A DNA stretch of 34,693 nucleotides from Candidatus Bathyarchaeia archaeon (GCA_050014495.1 JBEKDF010000028.1:1-34693); one strand, 5' to 3'. Positions 18,372 to 28,084 are shown, numbered from the stretch's first letter. Notes: generated by a model not told the origin, from the sequence alone. A program made the numbers and translations.

Positions 18372-19061
18372 ATGGGAAGCAACTACACCCTAGTTCGTTA
18401 CCAACACGGCGGAGAAAAATACGAGATACTCGTAGACCCAGATAAGGGACTATCATACAAGAAGGGGGAACCTATCGATATCTCCAACGTGATCCTTATT
18501 GATACGATCTTCACCGACGCGAACAAGGGCGAGAAGGCGTCTGAGTCAAAGCTGAAAACTGAATTCGGCACCAGCGACCCCATAGAGGTCGCGAAGCTCA
18601 TGTTCGAGAAAGGAACTTTCCTCCTAACAGCCGCCCAGCGTAAGGAGATGACTGATCAGAAACTAAGGCAGATCATCACAATCATCTCCCGAACATATGT
18701 AGACCCAGCCACAAAACTTCCCCACCCCGTCACACGCATAGAGAACGCCATGGAGGAGGTCAAGTTCAACATAGACCCCTTCAAGACGGCGGAGGAGCAG
18801 GTGAAGGAACTCGTTCAGCTACTCAGACCTATACTGCCTATGAGTAGCGAGAACATACAGCTCGCCATCAAGATCCCTCCAGAGCACGCGGCGAGGTGCT
18901 TCGGGATAGTCAAGAATTTCGGCGAGATAAAGAGAGATGAGTGGCAGCGTGATGGAAGCTGGGTCGCTGTGGTGGAGGTACCCGCAGCGATGCAACTCGA
19001 GTTACTAGACAAGCTCGGTAAGGCAACGCAGGGGAACCTCCAATCTAAGATAATAAAATGA
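18372..19061 (+). CDS. Ribosome maturation factor SBDS/Sdo1
   Basis: GEKYEILV, IFTDANKG, PHPVTRIENAM; canonical position after psmA. Confidence 0.95.
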   Translation: MGSNYTLVRYQHGGEKYEILVDPDKGLSYKKGEPIDISNVILIDTIFTDANKGEKASESKLKTEFGTSDPIEVAKLMFEKGTFLLTAAQRKEMTDQKLRQIITIISRTYVDPATKLPHPVTRIENAMEEVKFNIDPFKTAEEQVKELVQLLRPILPMSSENIQLAIKIPPEHAARCFGIVKNFGEIKRDEWQRDGSWVAVVEVPAAMQLELLDKLGKATQGNLQSKIIK

Positions 19062-19073
19062 GGCTGAACAGGT

Positions 19074-19766
19074 ATGAGTGCGAACTTCCAAGACAGAGAT
19101 CTGGTCATCCCAGGAGACGTCGTATTTGAGGGGAGGATCAGGACTGGTGAGAACACCTACCGCCAACAGGATCAAGTTTACGCCACGCGACTCGGCCTAG
19201 TAAACTACTCCCCTGATAATGTGAATGTAGTCGCCCTCTCAGCGGGGTACACCCCCCTCGTCGGCGACGTAGTGATAGGTGAGGTCGTGGACATCGACCT
19301 CGGTGAGTGGAAGATAGGCATAGGCGCCCAGACGGAAGCTGTTATGGGTATACCGGACGCCGTTGACCGCCCCTTCAGAACCGACTATATTATGACAAGG
19401 ATACTCGACATCGGTGACACTTTAGTTGCTAAGATAGTGGATCTCGATAGGAGGAGGACACCGATTCTAAGCATCCTCGGCCCTGGTCTCGGTAAGGTTT
19501 ATGATGGATTCATAATGCGAATTACGCCATCAAAGATCCCCCGCCTAATCGGCAAAAAGGGGAGTATGATCAACATGATAATCAGGGAGACGGGGTGCCG
19601 TATAGTCATTGGGCAGAACGGCCGCATCCTCATCTCCGGACCTAACAGAGAACGAGAAGAGATGGTGGTTAAGGTAGTCACCAAAATAGAGCTAGAGGCT
19701 CACACCTCCGGGCTCACAAATAGAACACAAGAGTATTTGAGACAACTCAAGGAGAGATCACAATGA
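19074..19766 (+). CDS. rrp4: Exosome RNA-binding cap protein Rrp4
   Basis: VIPGD, S1 domain, KH motif [24 protein letters not shown]. Confidence 0.95.
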   Translation: MSANFQDRDLVIPGDVVFEGRIRTGENTYRQQDQVYATRLGLVNYSPDNVNVVALSAGYTPLVGDVVIGEVVDIDLGEWKIGIGAQTEAVMGIPDAVDRPFRTDYIMTRILDIGDTLVAKIVDLDRRRTPILSILGPGLGKVYDGFIMRITPSKIPRLIGKKGSMINMIIRETGCRIVIGQNGRILISGPNREREEMVVKVVTKIELEAHTSGLTNRTQEYLRQLKERSQ

Positions 19767-20602
19767 GTAAGAAACCAACGACTAAGAAGACGACGGCCCG
19801 GAAACCAGTGAGATCTAAGAAATCCCAAAAGGTGATCAGCTGGAAGAGGGCAGACGGGCGGTTATTCGATGAACTCCGCCCACTGAAGATCGAAAGTGGC
19901 GTCCTCCCCAACGCGGACGGCTCCGCTTACATAGAGATGGGTAGAAACAAGATACTCTGCGGAGTTTTCGGGCCCCGAGAGATGCATCCCAAGCACCAAG
20001 CTAAGCCGAACGAGGCGGTCCTGCGCTGCAGATACCATATGGCACCATTTAGCGTCGACCCTCGCAGATCCCCAGCCCCGTCGAGGAGGGATCAAGAGAT
20101 CAGCATGGTCATGAGGTCCGCTCTAGAGCCAGCTGTATTCCTCGAACGCTATCCGAGAGCAAGCATCGATGTCTACATTGAAGTTCTCGAAGCAGACGGT
20201 GGAACACGTTGTGCCAGCATCAATGCAGCAGCCGTCGCTTTAGTAGACGCGGGAATCCCCATGAAGGACCTCGTTGCAGCATGCGCAGTCGGAAAAATCG
20301 AGGACAAGCTCATCGTCGACCTTGGCGATTACGAGGATAAAAAAGGGCAAAGCGACATGCCAGTCGCCTACATGCCAAAACTCAACAAAGTAACACTCCT
20401 CCAGATGGATGGCAACATGTCAGCAGAGGAGAACGAGAAAGCCCTCAATCTTGCAATCGAAGGTTGCAAGAAAGTCTACGAGGTCCAGCGCGAAGCACTG
20501 AAGAAGAAGTACGGCATCGACCAACCACAGGACAGGCCACCAAAGGAATTTCCACCAGAAGAGCCTGCTGAGGAACCCCAAAATGAGGAGGGTCCAGAAT
20601 GA
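19763..20602 (+). CDS. rrp41: Exosome exonuclease Rrp41
   Basis: RADGR, ADGSAY, GPRE, YHMAPFS, ADGGTR, LLQMDG. Confidence 0.96.
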   Translation: MSKKPTTKKTTARKPVRSKKSQKVISWKRADGRLFDELRPLKIESGVLPNADGSAYIEMGRNKILCGVFGPREMHPKHQAKPNEAVLRCRYHMAPFSVDPRRSPAPSRRDQEISMVMRSALEPAVFLERYPRASIDVYIEVLEADGGTRCASINAAAVALVDAGIPMKDLVAACAVGKIEDKLIVDLGDYEDKKGQSDMPVAYMPKLNKVTLLQMDGNMSAEENEKALNLAIEGCKKVYEVQREALKKKYGIDQPQDRPPKEFPPEEPAEEPQNEEGPE

Positions 20603-21399
20603 GCAAGAATAATATAGTCAGCCACTTGAAGCAGAAAAAGATCTCCGAAGTGCTCTCCACGGGTAAACGAATGGACGGGCGTGGTTTCGGGGACTTCCGC
20701 GAACTAACGATTAAGAGAAACATACTATTCAAGAGCGAGGGGAGCGCCGAGGTGTGGCTTGGAAAGTCTCACGTAATGGTCGGCGTAAAAGTAGGAACCG
20801 GCACACCCTTCGAGGACACACCCGACGAGGGCGTTCTAATGACCAACGCCGAGTTCACTCCAATTGCTAACGCCGCATGGGAACCCGGCCCACCTAACGA
20901 AGCTAGCATCGAGTTAGCACGCGTCGTTGACAGGGGCATACGCAGCGCGGAAATACTCGATACAGCCTCACTCTGCATAATCAGCGGTAAGCTCGTCCAA
21001 ATAGTGTTTGTAGACCTCTATGTCCTCAACTACGACGGTAACCTCATCGACGCCTGCAGTGCTGGCGCAATAGCAGCCCTCATGGGGGCGAAGAAACCGG
21101 TCTACAGCGTAGTTGAAAAGGAAGCGAAGCCCACAGGTGAAAAGGTGCCCCTAACTATCCGTAAGAAGCCTATCGCGGTAAGCGTGATTAAGATAGGGGA
21201 TAACCTCATAATCGACCCCACAGCCGATGAGGAGGACGTCATGGATTGTCGCCTCACTGTCACATTCGACGAGGAAGGCAACATCTGCACGATGCAGAAA
21301 AGCGGTTCAGTGGGCCTGACAGTAGATGAGATTAAGAAATGCATAAATATGGCGCAGGAGAAGGCGCCTGAGATAAGGGCGAAGGCCATAGGCGACTAA
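20599..21399 (+). CDS. rrp42: Exosome component Rrp42
   Basis: [32 protein letters not shown]-x-x-EE, MQKSG. Confidence 0.96.
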   Translation: MSKNNIVSHLKQKKISEVLSTGKRMDGRGFGDFRELTIKRNILFKSEGSAEVWLGKSHVMVGVKVGTGTPFEDTPDEGVLMTNAEFTPIANAAWEPGPPNEASIELARVVDRGIRSAEILDTASLCIISGKLVQIVFVDLYVLNYDGNLIDACSAGAIAALMGAKKPVYSVVEKEAKPTGEKVPLTIRKKPIAVSVIKIGDNLIIDPTADEEDVMDCRLTVTFDEEGNICTMQKSGSVGLTVDEIKKCINMAQEKAPEIRAKAIGD

Positions 21400-21401
21400 C
21401 T

Positions 21402-21653
21402 ATGACAAAGAAAAAGAAGACTTACGGTCTAAGACTCAGAACCCGCGGAGGAGCTGCAGTACAGAAGCGATGGACACGCATAATGCAACAGATGAAGATG
21501 CCGCACAAATGTCCTAGCTGTGCCAGCCCTAAGGTTAAGCGCACAGCCGTCGGCATTTGGAGCTGCACTAAGTGCGGTTTCAAATTCGCGGGCGGGGCTT
21601 ACGTTCCGTCGACGAAGACGGGGCAGGCCTCTACAAGGGTCCAGGAGTCATAA
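21402..21653 (+). CDS. rpl37ae: 50S ribosomal protein L37Ae (eL43)
   Basis: CPSC...VKR-x-x-x-GIWSCTKCG...AGGAY. Confidence 0.93.
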   Translation: MTKKKKTYGLRLRTRGGAAVQKRWTRIMQQMKMPHKCPSCASPKVKRTAVGIWSCTKCGFKFAGGAYVPSTKTGQASTRVQES

Positions 21654-21672
21654 CCCCCACAAGGCGATTGCT

Positions 21673-21936
21673 TTGGGGCCTCGAAGTCAAGCCGAGGCGA
21701 AGATTTTAGTAGAGGCGTCGCGAGACGCCGTCAACATTATAATTAAAGCGTTGAGACCGGAACTTGAGTCAGGCATCTCAGACAGATCTAAGGTCGATGT
21801 AAAGGCATCGGAGATTGGACTGGTCATCGAGATATCAGCTGACGATGTCACAGCTCTAAGAGCTGCTGTAAACAGTTACCTCTACTGGATTCACGGAATA
21901 TTAGACATTGGCAGAAGGCTAGACAAAGAAAAGTAG
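21673..21936 (+). CDS. pcc1: KEOPS complex subunit Pcc1
   Basis: ALRPE...RS...ISADDVTALRAAVNSYL-x-W; TTG 21673 start is inferred. Confidence 0.85.
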   Translation: MGPRSQAEAKILVEASRDAVNIIIKALRPELESGISDRSKVDVKASEIGLVIEISADDVTALRAAVNSYLYWIHGILDIGRRLDKEK

Positions 21937-22246
21937 ACCCGGCATGACCAAGCCAGTACGTAAGTTAACCCATCACTTGCATGAAAACTTAAATATGATA
22001 TAATTAAAATCATGTTAAATTGATATGAGTGAAAAAAAACTGCGCGCGCTATCTCATTGAACCATTTGCCCTTTGCTGAGTTCTATATGGTGTCAAGCTG
22101 AATACTCTCAATCTTCATATAAAAAAATAAGAAGGGGGAAATCCCTTGTTATTTAAATCACTTTTCCACTCGAGAATCAACCTGGAAACGTCCTATAAGG
22201 GTTAGGGCTTAAATATCGTAGCCATTAACTGAGGAAGGTGAAGGGA

Positions 22247-23011
22247 ATGGCCGATCTCTCCATCATAGACCCAATTCTAGGAGTGATAGTTGTCGTCGTA
22301 GCTGCTGTTGCCATCTATATGTTCTGGCGTGCAAGCGGTGGGTCGAAGAAGAAGGAGGAGTCAGTGGTCCAACCCGAGGAGCCACCCAAGGAGGAAGACC
22401 CCCTCAGAGTAGAACTACAGATGAGTGAACATCGGGTTAAAGTTCCACCTATCGAGAAAAAAATTGCAACCACAGATATTGAGCAAGCGAAGAGCCAAAT
22501 CAGGACGCTGACCCTCAAGCAGGAGATAAACAGTATGGTTCTTCGACGTCTCTTCGAAGCCGAGGACGAAGGAGAGGTCAGCCGAGAGGAACGTATTCGC
22601 CTCGGGAAGAGCTATGAGGACGAGATGAAGCAGATCGCCGACGAACTGAAGAGAAGCGAGATGCTCGTTAGTCTCGCAGAGTTAGAGTCTATTCGTGAGG
22701 AGATCGTGCAAAAGTTTGAGGATAGCCTAAGCCAGACTCAGAGCCGCATAGACCAGATACTCAAGGAACTGAAGATTGAGGAACCGCCCAAACCTGTCGA
22801 GGAGGATAAGCCAAAGCTTCCAGCTATGAACAAGAAGCGACGCGTAGTATCGAAGACGAAGACCGAGGAGGGTGAGGAGGAGTCTGAGGAGAATGAGGGC
22901 GAGGAGAAGCAATCAGCAGGCAAAGGTGATGTCGAGAGTCGCCTAGAACAACTTAAGAAAGAGGTTATGAAGGAACTAGACGAACTCGACAAACTTGAAC
23001 TGGAGACCTAA
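22247..23011 (+). CDS. Membrane-anchored coiled-coil protein of unknown function (alternative start GTG 22238)
   Basis: N-terminal TM helix, heptad-rich middle, acidic linker, amphipathic C-terminal helix. Confidence 0.8.
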   Translation: MADLSIIDPILGVIVVVVAAVAIYMFWRASGGSKKKEESVVQPEEPPKEEDPLRVELQMSEHRVKVPPIEKKIATTDIEQAKSQIRTLTLKQEINSMVLRRLFEAEDEGEVSREERIRLGKSYEDEMKQIADELKRSEMLVSLAELESIREEIVQKFEDSLSQTQSRIDQILKELKIEEPPKPVEEDKPKLPAMNKKRRVVSKTKTEEGEEESEENEGEEKQSAGKGDVESRLEQLKKEVMKELDELDKLELET

Positions 23012-23013
23012 AC

Positions 23014-23733
23014 TTGAGTGCAAACGCAGCTAAGAAGAAGGCAGCTATTAGGGCGGTGAAACATATCGAGAACGGCATGATACTCGGCCTAGGCAGCGGC
23101 ACAACGGTCTCCTTCGCCATCAAGTACATCGGGGAACTCATAGCCACAGACGAACTTTATGACATCTATGGTGTGCCGACAAGCATACAGACAACGTTCG
23201 AGGCGATCAAAGCAAAGATCCCACTAACCAGCTTAGATGAGCATCCCCAGCTTGACCTCGGCATCGACGGCGCCGATCAGCTGGATGTAAAACTCAACGC
23301 GATAAAGGGAGGCGGTGGGGCCCTAATGAGGGAAAAGATAGTCGCAGCAGCCTGTAAAGAGTACATCCTAATAGCGGATGAATCAAAGCTCACAGATGTT
23401 CTGGGTACTGGGAAGGTAGTCCCCGTAGAGATTCATCCTTTCTCCGTAACACCTGCCCTAAAATCCGTGGAGAAGCTTGGAGCGAAGGTCAGCCTAAGGC
23501 AAAGCTCGGGTAAGTTAGGCCCCCTCGTGACCGATAACGGTAACTACATAATTGACGCCGATTTCGGCCCTATCCAGGACCCTTGGTGGCTGAATAGAGA
23601 GCTTCACGCCATACCCGGCATCATTGAGACAGGTATGTTTCTCGGCTACGCCCACCTCGCTTACATCGGTGGAAGGGGCTCAGTGAAGAGGCTCAAACCT
23701 CAGCCCGACGCCACCCTAAAGAAGACGATCTGA
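23014..23733 (+). CDS. rpiA: Ribose-5-phosphate isomerase A
   Basis: GLGSGTT, DGAD, KGGGGALMREK, TDNGN. Confidence 0.96.
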   Translation: MSANAAKKKAAIRAVKHIENGMILGLGSGTTVSFAIKYIGELIATDELYDIYGVPTSIQTTFEAIKAKIPLTSLDEHPQLDLGIDGADQLDVKLNAIKGGGGALMREKIVAAACKEYILIADESKLTDVLGTGKVVPVEIHPFSVTPALKSVEKLGAKVSLRQSSGKLGPLVTDNGNYIIDADFGPIQDPWWLNRELHAIPGIIETGMFLGYAHLAYIGGRGSVKRLKPQPDATLKKTI

Positions 23734-23734
23734 T

Positions 23735-24310
23735 CTACTCTAGGAACGAATCCGAGCTCTTATTGTATGCCGCATACGCGAGATAGTAAACTAGCGCAAT
23801 TATCCCAATGCCCCCTATGAACCAAATGTCTCCGGCTAATGTGAGAGCATTGCTGGCAAAGTGAAAGAATATCGCGATGCCATAATACTTCAAAAACTTG
23901 TGTTTGGCAACGCCATACGCTACGAGGGAGGTGTTTGCGGCGTGGAAGAACGTTTCAGGGAGCCTAACTGCGACAGGTGCACTGAAGAAGAAAACGTACA
24001 CGAGTAACTCTGCAAGTCCGAACCCTAGACCGGATAGGAACCCTAGCTTAACAATTGACTTCTCCGTCTCAGCGTGTCGATTAAGCAGAGGGAATACCTT
24101 AGTGAACTCCTCGATCACGGGGGCGAACGCCGTCACTAGAATTATGTAATCTAGGTCCCCTGGGATGGCAAAAGCTACGTAGTTCTTCGCGAGTGTTTCT
24201 AAGAAGGCCGATATTGCGACGCTGACTATAAGTCCCTGAACGAAGAAAGATGACATCTCAAGCGTGCCAGGGTGGTGGAGCGGTATCGTAGTCGACTGTT
24301 TGTTCTCCAT
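23735..24310 (-). CDS. PrsW-family intramembrane protease
   Basis: APVIEEFTK (EExxK), GLGFGLAE, H-x-x-x-T, FHFASN; multiple TM segments. Confidence 0.85.
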   Translation of the reverse strand: MENKQSTTIPLHHPGTLEMSSFFVQGLIVSVAISAFLETLAKNYVAFAIPGDLDYIILVTAFAPVIEEFTKVFPLLNRHAETEKSIVKLGFLSGLGFGLAELLVYVFFFSAPVAVRLPETFFHAANTSLVAYGVAKHKFLKYYGIAIFFHFASNALTLAGDIWFIGGIGIIALVYYLAYAAYNKSSDSFLE

Positions 24311-24423
24311 ATTTGATTCGTGGAATTCATTTTTTTAATTTACTTTTCCCATACTAGCTCTAGAAAGCCTTAAAATGGTTGGGAGGATTGCATAGAAAGC
24401 GGTGCCCCAATGAGGGGCGTAGT

Positions 24424-24509
24424 GCTGGGGTCTCCTAGCCTGGTAGGGAGCGGGCCTGCTAAGTCCGTGAGCCTTGCTCGCGAGGGTTCAAATCCCTCCC
24501 CCGGCGCCA
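24424..24509 (+). tRNA. tRNA-Ser (GCT), long variable arm, CCA encoded
   Basis: Acceptor GCTGGGG/CCCCGGC, anticodon loop CTGCTAA, variable arm TGAGC-CTT-GCTCG, T arm GAGGG-TTCAAAT-CCCTC, G73, then CCA. Confidence 0.93.
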
Positions 24510-24562
24510 AATTTTATCACCCCTATATAAAGAGGTAATTCAATATTAGTTACGAAGAAGCA

Positions 24563-24991
24563 ATGTCATACTACATCAAGGATTATATGGATAAGGAGTT
24601 CCCCACGATAGAGGTTGAAGCAAAGGTCGTTGACGCGGCAAAGATCCTCGACAAGCAAAAGAAGGGTTACATCATCGTCCTTGAGAAGGGCAAGCCCTAT
24701 GGGATCGTCACAGAGTGGGATATGGTGAGCAAAGTTCTCGCGGCAGAGATGGACCCAAAGATGCTTACTGTGAGGCAAATCGCCTCCTCACCTTTAGTGA
24801 CCATTGATCCAGATGAGGACCTGTTGAAGGCTTCGGAGCTTATGCAGAAGAAGGATATAAAGAGAATACCCGTAGTGAAGGGTGGTGTCATCTACGGGGT
24901 TATAACGTCGATGAACATCGCCCAGAAGTGTGGCGAGTACGTCAACAAGTCCGTTAAGGATATTCTACGATGGTCTTTTCCAATACCCTAA
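24563..24991 (+). CDS. CBS-domain pair protein
   Basis: Two CBS repeats (GIVTEWD; IKRIPVV...GVIT). Confidence 0.9.
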   Translation: MSYYIKDYMDKEFPTIEVEAKVVDAAKILDKQKKGYIIVLEKGKPYGIVTEWDMVSKVLAAEMDPKMLTVRQIASSPLVTIDPDEDLLKASELMQKKDIKRIPVVKGGVIYGVITSMNIAQKCGEYVNKSVKDILRWSFPIP

Positions 24992-24993
24992 AT

Positions 24994-25622
24994 TTACTCA
25001 ACGAAAGCTACTCCTTTTCCGATGAGTTCACACCTCAACTGCTCCGCGTTTTCAAATAGAATCGATTCAATCCCCAGGGATTCGGCAGCATCAACACAGT
25101 TAGTGTTATCATCTATGAAGAGACACACCTCAGCCCTTAGGCCAAGGCGGCTCAGAGTCAACCTATATACATCTAGATTCTCCGAACCCTTCTTGGAGAT
25201 GTCAGGCTTTCTAAGTCCCACCTCACATGAGAATATGACGACGTCGAAGAGTGAGTTTATTCCTTGATCCCTAAGTCGTTTCGCCCTAGATGGTTCCAAA
25301 TTTGAGAGTGCAGCCACCCGATATCCACCTATCCTCAATTTGCTAACAATATCTAGGAGTGCAGGGTTGAAACTAGCAGCATCGAATGTTTTCTCCCATA
25401 CCTCACCGAATCCAGGAGGTGGAAGGCCAAAGTGCTCGAATGTCTCCCTCATCCATGTGATTTCGTCAACCTTCCCCGTCTGAACATCCGCTATACCCTT
25501 CTCAGCGACCTCCCTAAAGTCCCTAACAGGTATGCATATCTCTCCTCGATGTATTGATACGTGGCCAAATTACTCCACTCGACGACGACTCCCCCGAGGT
25601 CGAAGATAAGTCCCTTGAACAA
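24994..25622 (-). pseudogene. HAD-superfamily phosphatase with a 1-nt frameshift near 25534 (pseudogene or sequence error)
   Basis: TTG 25622 gives MFKGLIFDLGGVVV (motif I). After ...EERY the frame shifts to IPVRDFREV...LSN...KPD...FIDD. The 629-nt span is 1 nt short of a codon multiple. Confidence 0.8.
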
Positions 25623-25630
25623 ACTTTCTT

Positions 25631-26419
25631 TCACCCCTCGATAGCCTTCCTAATCTCATCAACAAGCTGCGCTCTCTGGTGAAGGCTACCAGTTATCTGG
25701 AGGCCGTTCACGGTCAGGTTATGGTTAGCAAGGCGAATTGACTCATGAGGCTCTTCCCACTGGTTAACAAGGTAAACAGGTAGAGCTGGGTATATGCTCC
25801 CGATGAGATCCCTTATCCTGAGCGCGGTGGGATAGGAGTACTCGCAGATGGGGTTAAAGACAATGATGCCCTTTCCCTCGTCTCTCTTCGCTCTTTTGTA
25901 CCTAATTTCACGCGGAGGAGTGTAATCCCCAGCTATAATGTGAACCATCTCACCCGTCATCTTCTTGAAACTGCTTGCCTCATAGAGCCTCTCCAACGGG
26001 ACACCCTCTTCGGTGTTGACTGCCTCCGAAGCGATGAACCTGCATTCTTCGCCATTTAAGCATCTGGGGCCATGTTCACACTCCTCTATCAGGTCTCTAA
26101 TCAAAGCGGTTGAGGCACCCTTCCCCTGAGCCTCCTTGAAGGGATTGTAAACACATCGTAATAATACGACACCTACCCTTGGGTGTGGTATGTATGGCGC
26201 AGTAACCTCCGAGTAAAAAAGAAGCTGTGCAACGGGTCCGCCTTCAATATAGGCGATCTTGACACAGGGGCCCGTGGCAGCTAGCATCTTCTCCATCCAT
26301 CGCCGTCTGAGCTGAATGCCCTGTGCATGGAGGACGTCGTTGAGCAATCCATTGCTGCAAACCCTGAATGTGTCATCCAGATTTAACTCAGTGACGTCCT
26401 TCACAATTACTCGACTCAT
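25631..26419 (-). CDS. GNAT-like acetyltransferase with a thioredoxin-like C-terminal part (YoaP-like)
   Basis: C-x-Y...AQGKGASTALI acetyl-CoA loop, C-terminal P-x-CEY...VNG. Confidence 0.6.
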   Translation of the reverse strand: MSRVIVKDVTELNLDDTFRVCSNGLLNDVLHAQGIQLRRRWMEKMLAATGPCVKIAYIEGGPVAQLLFYSEVTAPYIPHPRVGVVLLRCVYNPFKEAQGKGASTALIRDLIEECEHGPRCLNGEECRFIASEAVNTEEGVPLERLYEASSFKKMTGEMVHIIAGDYTPPREIRYKRAKRDEGKGIIVFNPICEYSYPTALRIRDLIGSIYPALPVYLVNQWEEPHESIRLANHNLTVNGLQITGSLHQRAQLVDEIRKAIEG

Positions 26420-26459
26420 TGCTGTAGGGTACCAAACCCCCCAGTATCAGTTTTTCCAC

Positions 26460-27547
26460 CTAAAGCACAGTGAAACCTTCGACGGTCTTCTCATCAAGCC
26501 TCTTAGCGAGCTCTATGATCAGTCGGACTGTGTTCTCAGCATCCTTCAGGCTGAGGAGGCCACTGTGGCTGTGAATATGCCTTGTAGGAACACCAATTAC
26601 GACTGTTGGGCAACCTGCCCTGCTCATGTGGATAGGTGCGCCATCCGTTCTGCCACCCCTCATCTGGCTGAGCTGCAGGGGTATTTGGCACTGCTTCGCA
26701 ACTTCGATGACCCAATTCTTCAGTGGCTGATTCGGGATCATTCCCGCGTCAAATGTTAGGAGACTTGGGCCTTTCCCCATCTTCGCCTGAGCGTCCTGCG
26801 GCTTTATTCCGGGTACATCCCCTGCAATGTCCACCTCGAGGATTATTGCTACATCAGGGTCTACTACATGAGCTATGGTTTGGGCGCCTCTTAGTCCTAC
26901 TTCTTCCTGAACGGTAGCTACTCCGTAGAGTGTGTTAGGGTGCTCAATATTCTGGGACTTAATCCTCTTCATCGTCTCTGCGAAGACAAAAGCCCCAATG
27001 CGGTCATCGAAGGCCTTCCCCATGGCGATCTTCCCATTCTGGATTAGTTGGAATGTGCTATATGGGACGACTGGGTCACCTATCATGACCCCGATCTCCT
27101 CAGCCTCCTCCTTACTCGTTGCGCCAACGTCGATGAACATGTCCTTTTTCTCGACAACCTTCTTCCTTTCCTCCTCCGAGAGGATGTGAGGGGGCTTCGA
27201 GGCAATAATGCCGTGGACATCCCCTTACTCCCTCTGATTACTACTCGCTGCCCAAGGAGGACCTGATCAAACCAGCCACCGAGCTGGTTGAAGGTTAGGT
27301 AGCCCTCTTCAGTCACGCTAGAGACAATGAAGCCAACCTCGTCAGTGTGACCTGTGATGAGAACACGTGGACGATCAGAGTTACCCTTTGCAACAAAACC
27401 GACGGAGCCTAGCTTATCTGTTATGACCTCGTCGACATAGGACACAAGATACTTCTTGAAGAGGCTGTTCACCTCTCTCTCGAAACCCGAGGGTCCGAAA
27501 GCCTCCGTCATCTCCTTCATGAGTTTCATGGATTTGTTGTCGAACAA
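26460..27547 (-). pseudogene. M42-family (TET-like) aminopeptidase with a 1-nt frameshift at 27221-27224 (pseudogene or sequence error)
   Basis: GPSGFE, HTDEVG, LGG in the first frame; PPH, DVGA, KAFDDR, QEEVGLRGA, TDG, HIHS in the second. One extra G in a G4 run restores KGDVHG. Confidence 0.88.
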
Positions 27548-27871
27548 ACTGTTTCAGCAATCGTTGGGTTCGTCGACGATTTAGCTTAATCGCCTTCGCC
27601 CCCGCGTGGTGGCATACTCTATATCGTATATAGACTGTGTGTTACCAATCGACCACTCATTTTTTCTCTCATCATGAAACTGAAGGCATAGTTGACCCCT
27701 CATTATTTCATAGAGGTGTCGTTATGGGGAGGCTTCAGGGTCAGTAAAAATAGCCCTCTATTATTAACATGATACACTCAAATTTTCTTATAATTCCCTA
27801 AGCTTTTGATTCAAACAGTTATGGATTGTTGAGGTGGTGGTTTTATCCGTATGTCATAGAGGTCTTACAAG

Positions 27872-27994
27872 TAAGGAGCCGCACCGCGTCGAGCGTCGTT
27901 CCGTGTTGCCGTTGGGGCGGCCCCCCTCCTGGGCTTTGAGAGTGACTGCCTTACCGTTCCTTGGAAGCCCACTGCCCGCGGTTACGGCACCTTA
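27872..27994 (-). ncRNA. Candidate structured non-coding RNA (or MITE) of unknown family
   Basis: GC-rich island in an AT-rich spacer with a long terminal stem and nested stems; G-U pairs favour the minus strand. Confidence 0.5.
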
Positions 27995-28084
27995 ATACTA
28001 CAATTGTATCAACGTAAAAGGTTATTCTCTCATTATTTGAGAGCAATATAAAATAATATGATTGTCCAATAAAATTAGGACGAG

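Noticed and set aside
21520..21672. N-terminal extension of Pcc1 in the ORF track
   Set aside because: Overlaps rpl37ae; Pcc1 similarity starts at about 21673.
24994..27547. Programmed ribosomal frameshifting for the HAD and M42 genes
   Set aside because: No canonical slippery heptamer or evident stimulatory structure; error or decay is simpler.
27872..27994. Identification as RNase P RNA, SRP RNA, or an HDV or hammerhead ribozyme
   Set aside because: Lacks the GAGGAA-x-x-UC and terminal P4 motifs, the SRP helix-8 motif and the CUGAnGA/GAAA core; the HDV P1 pairing could not be built.
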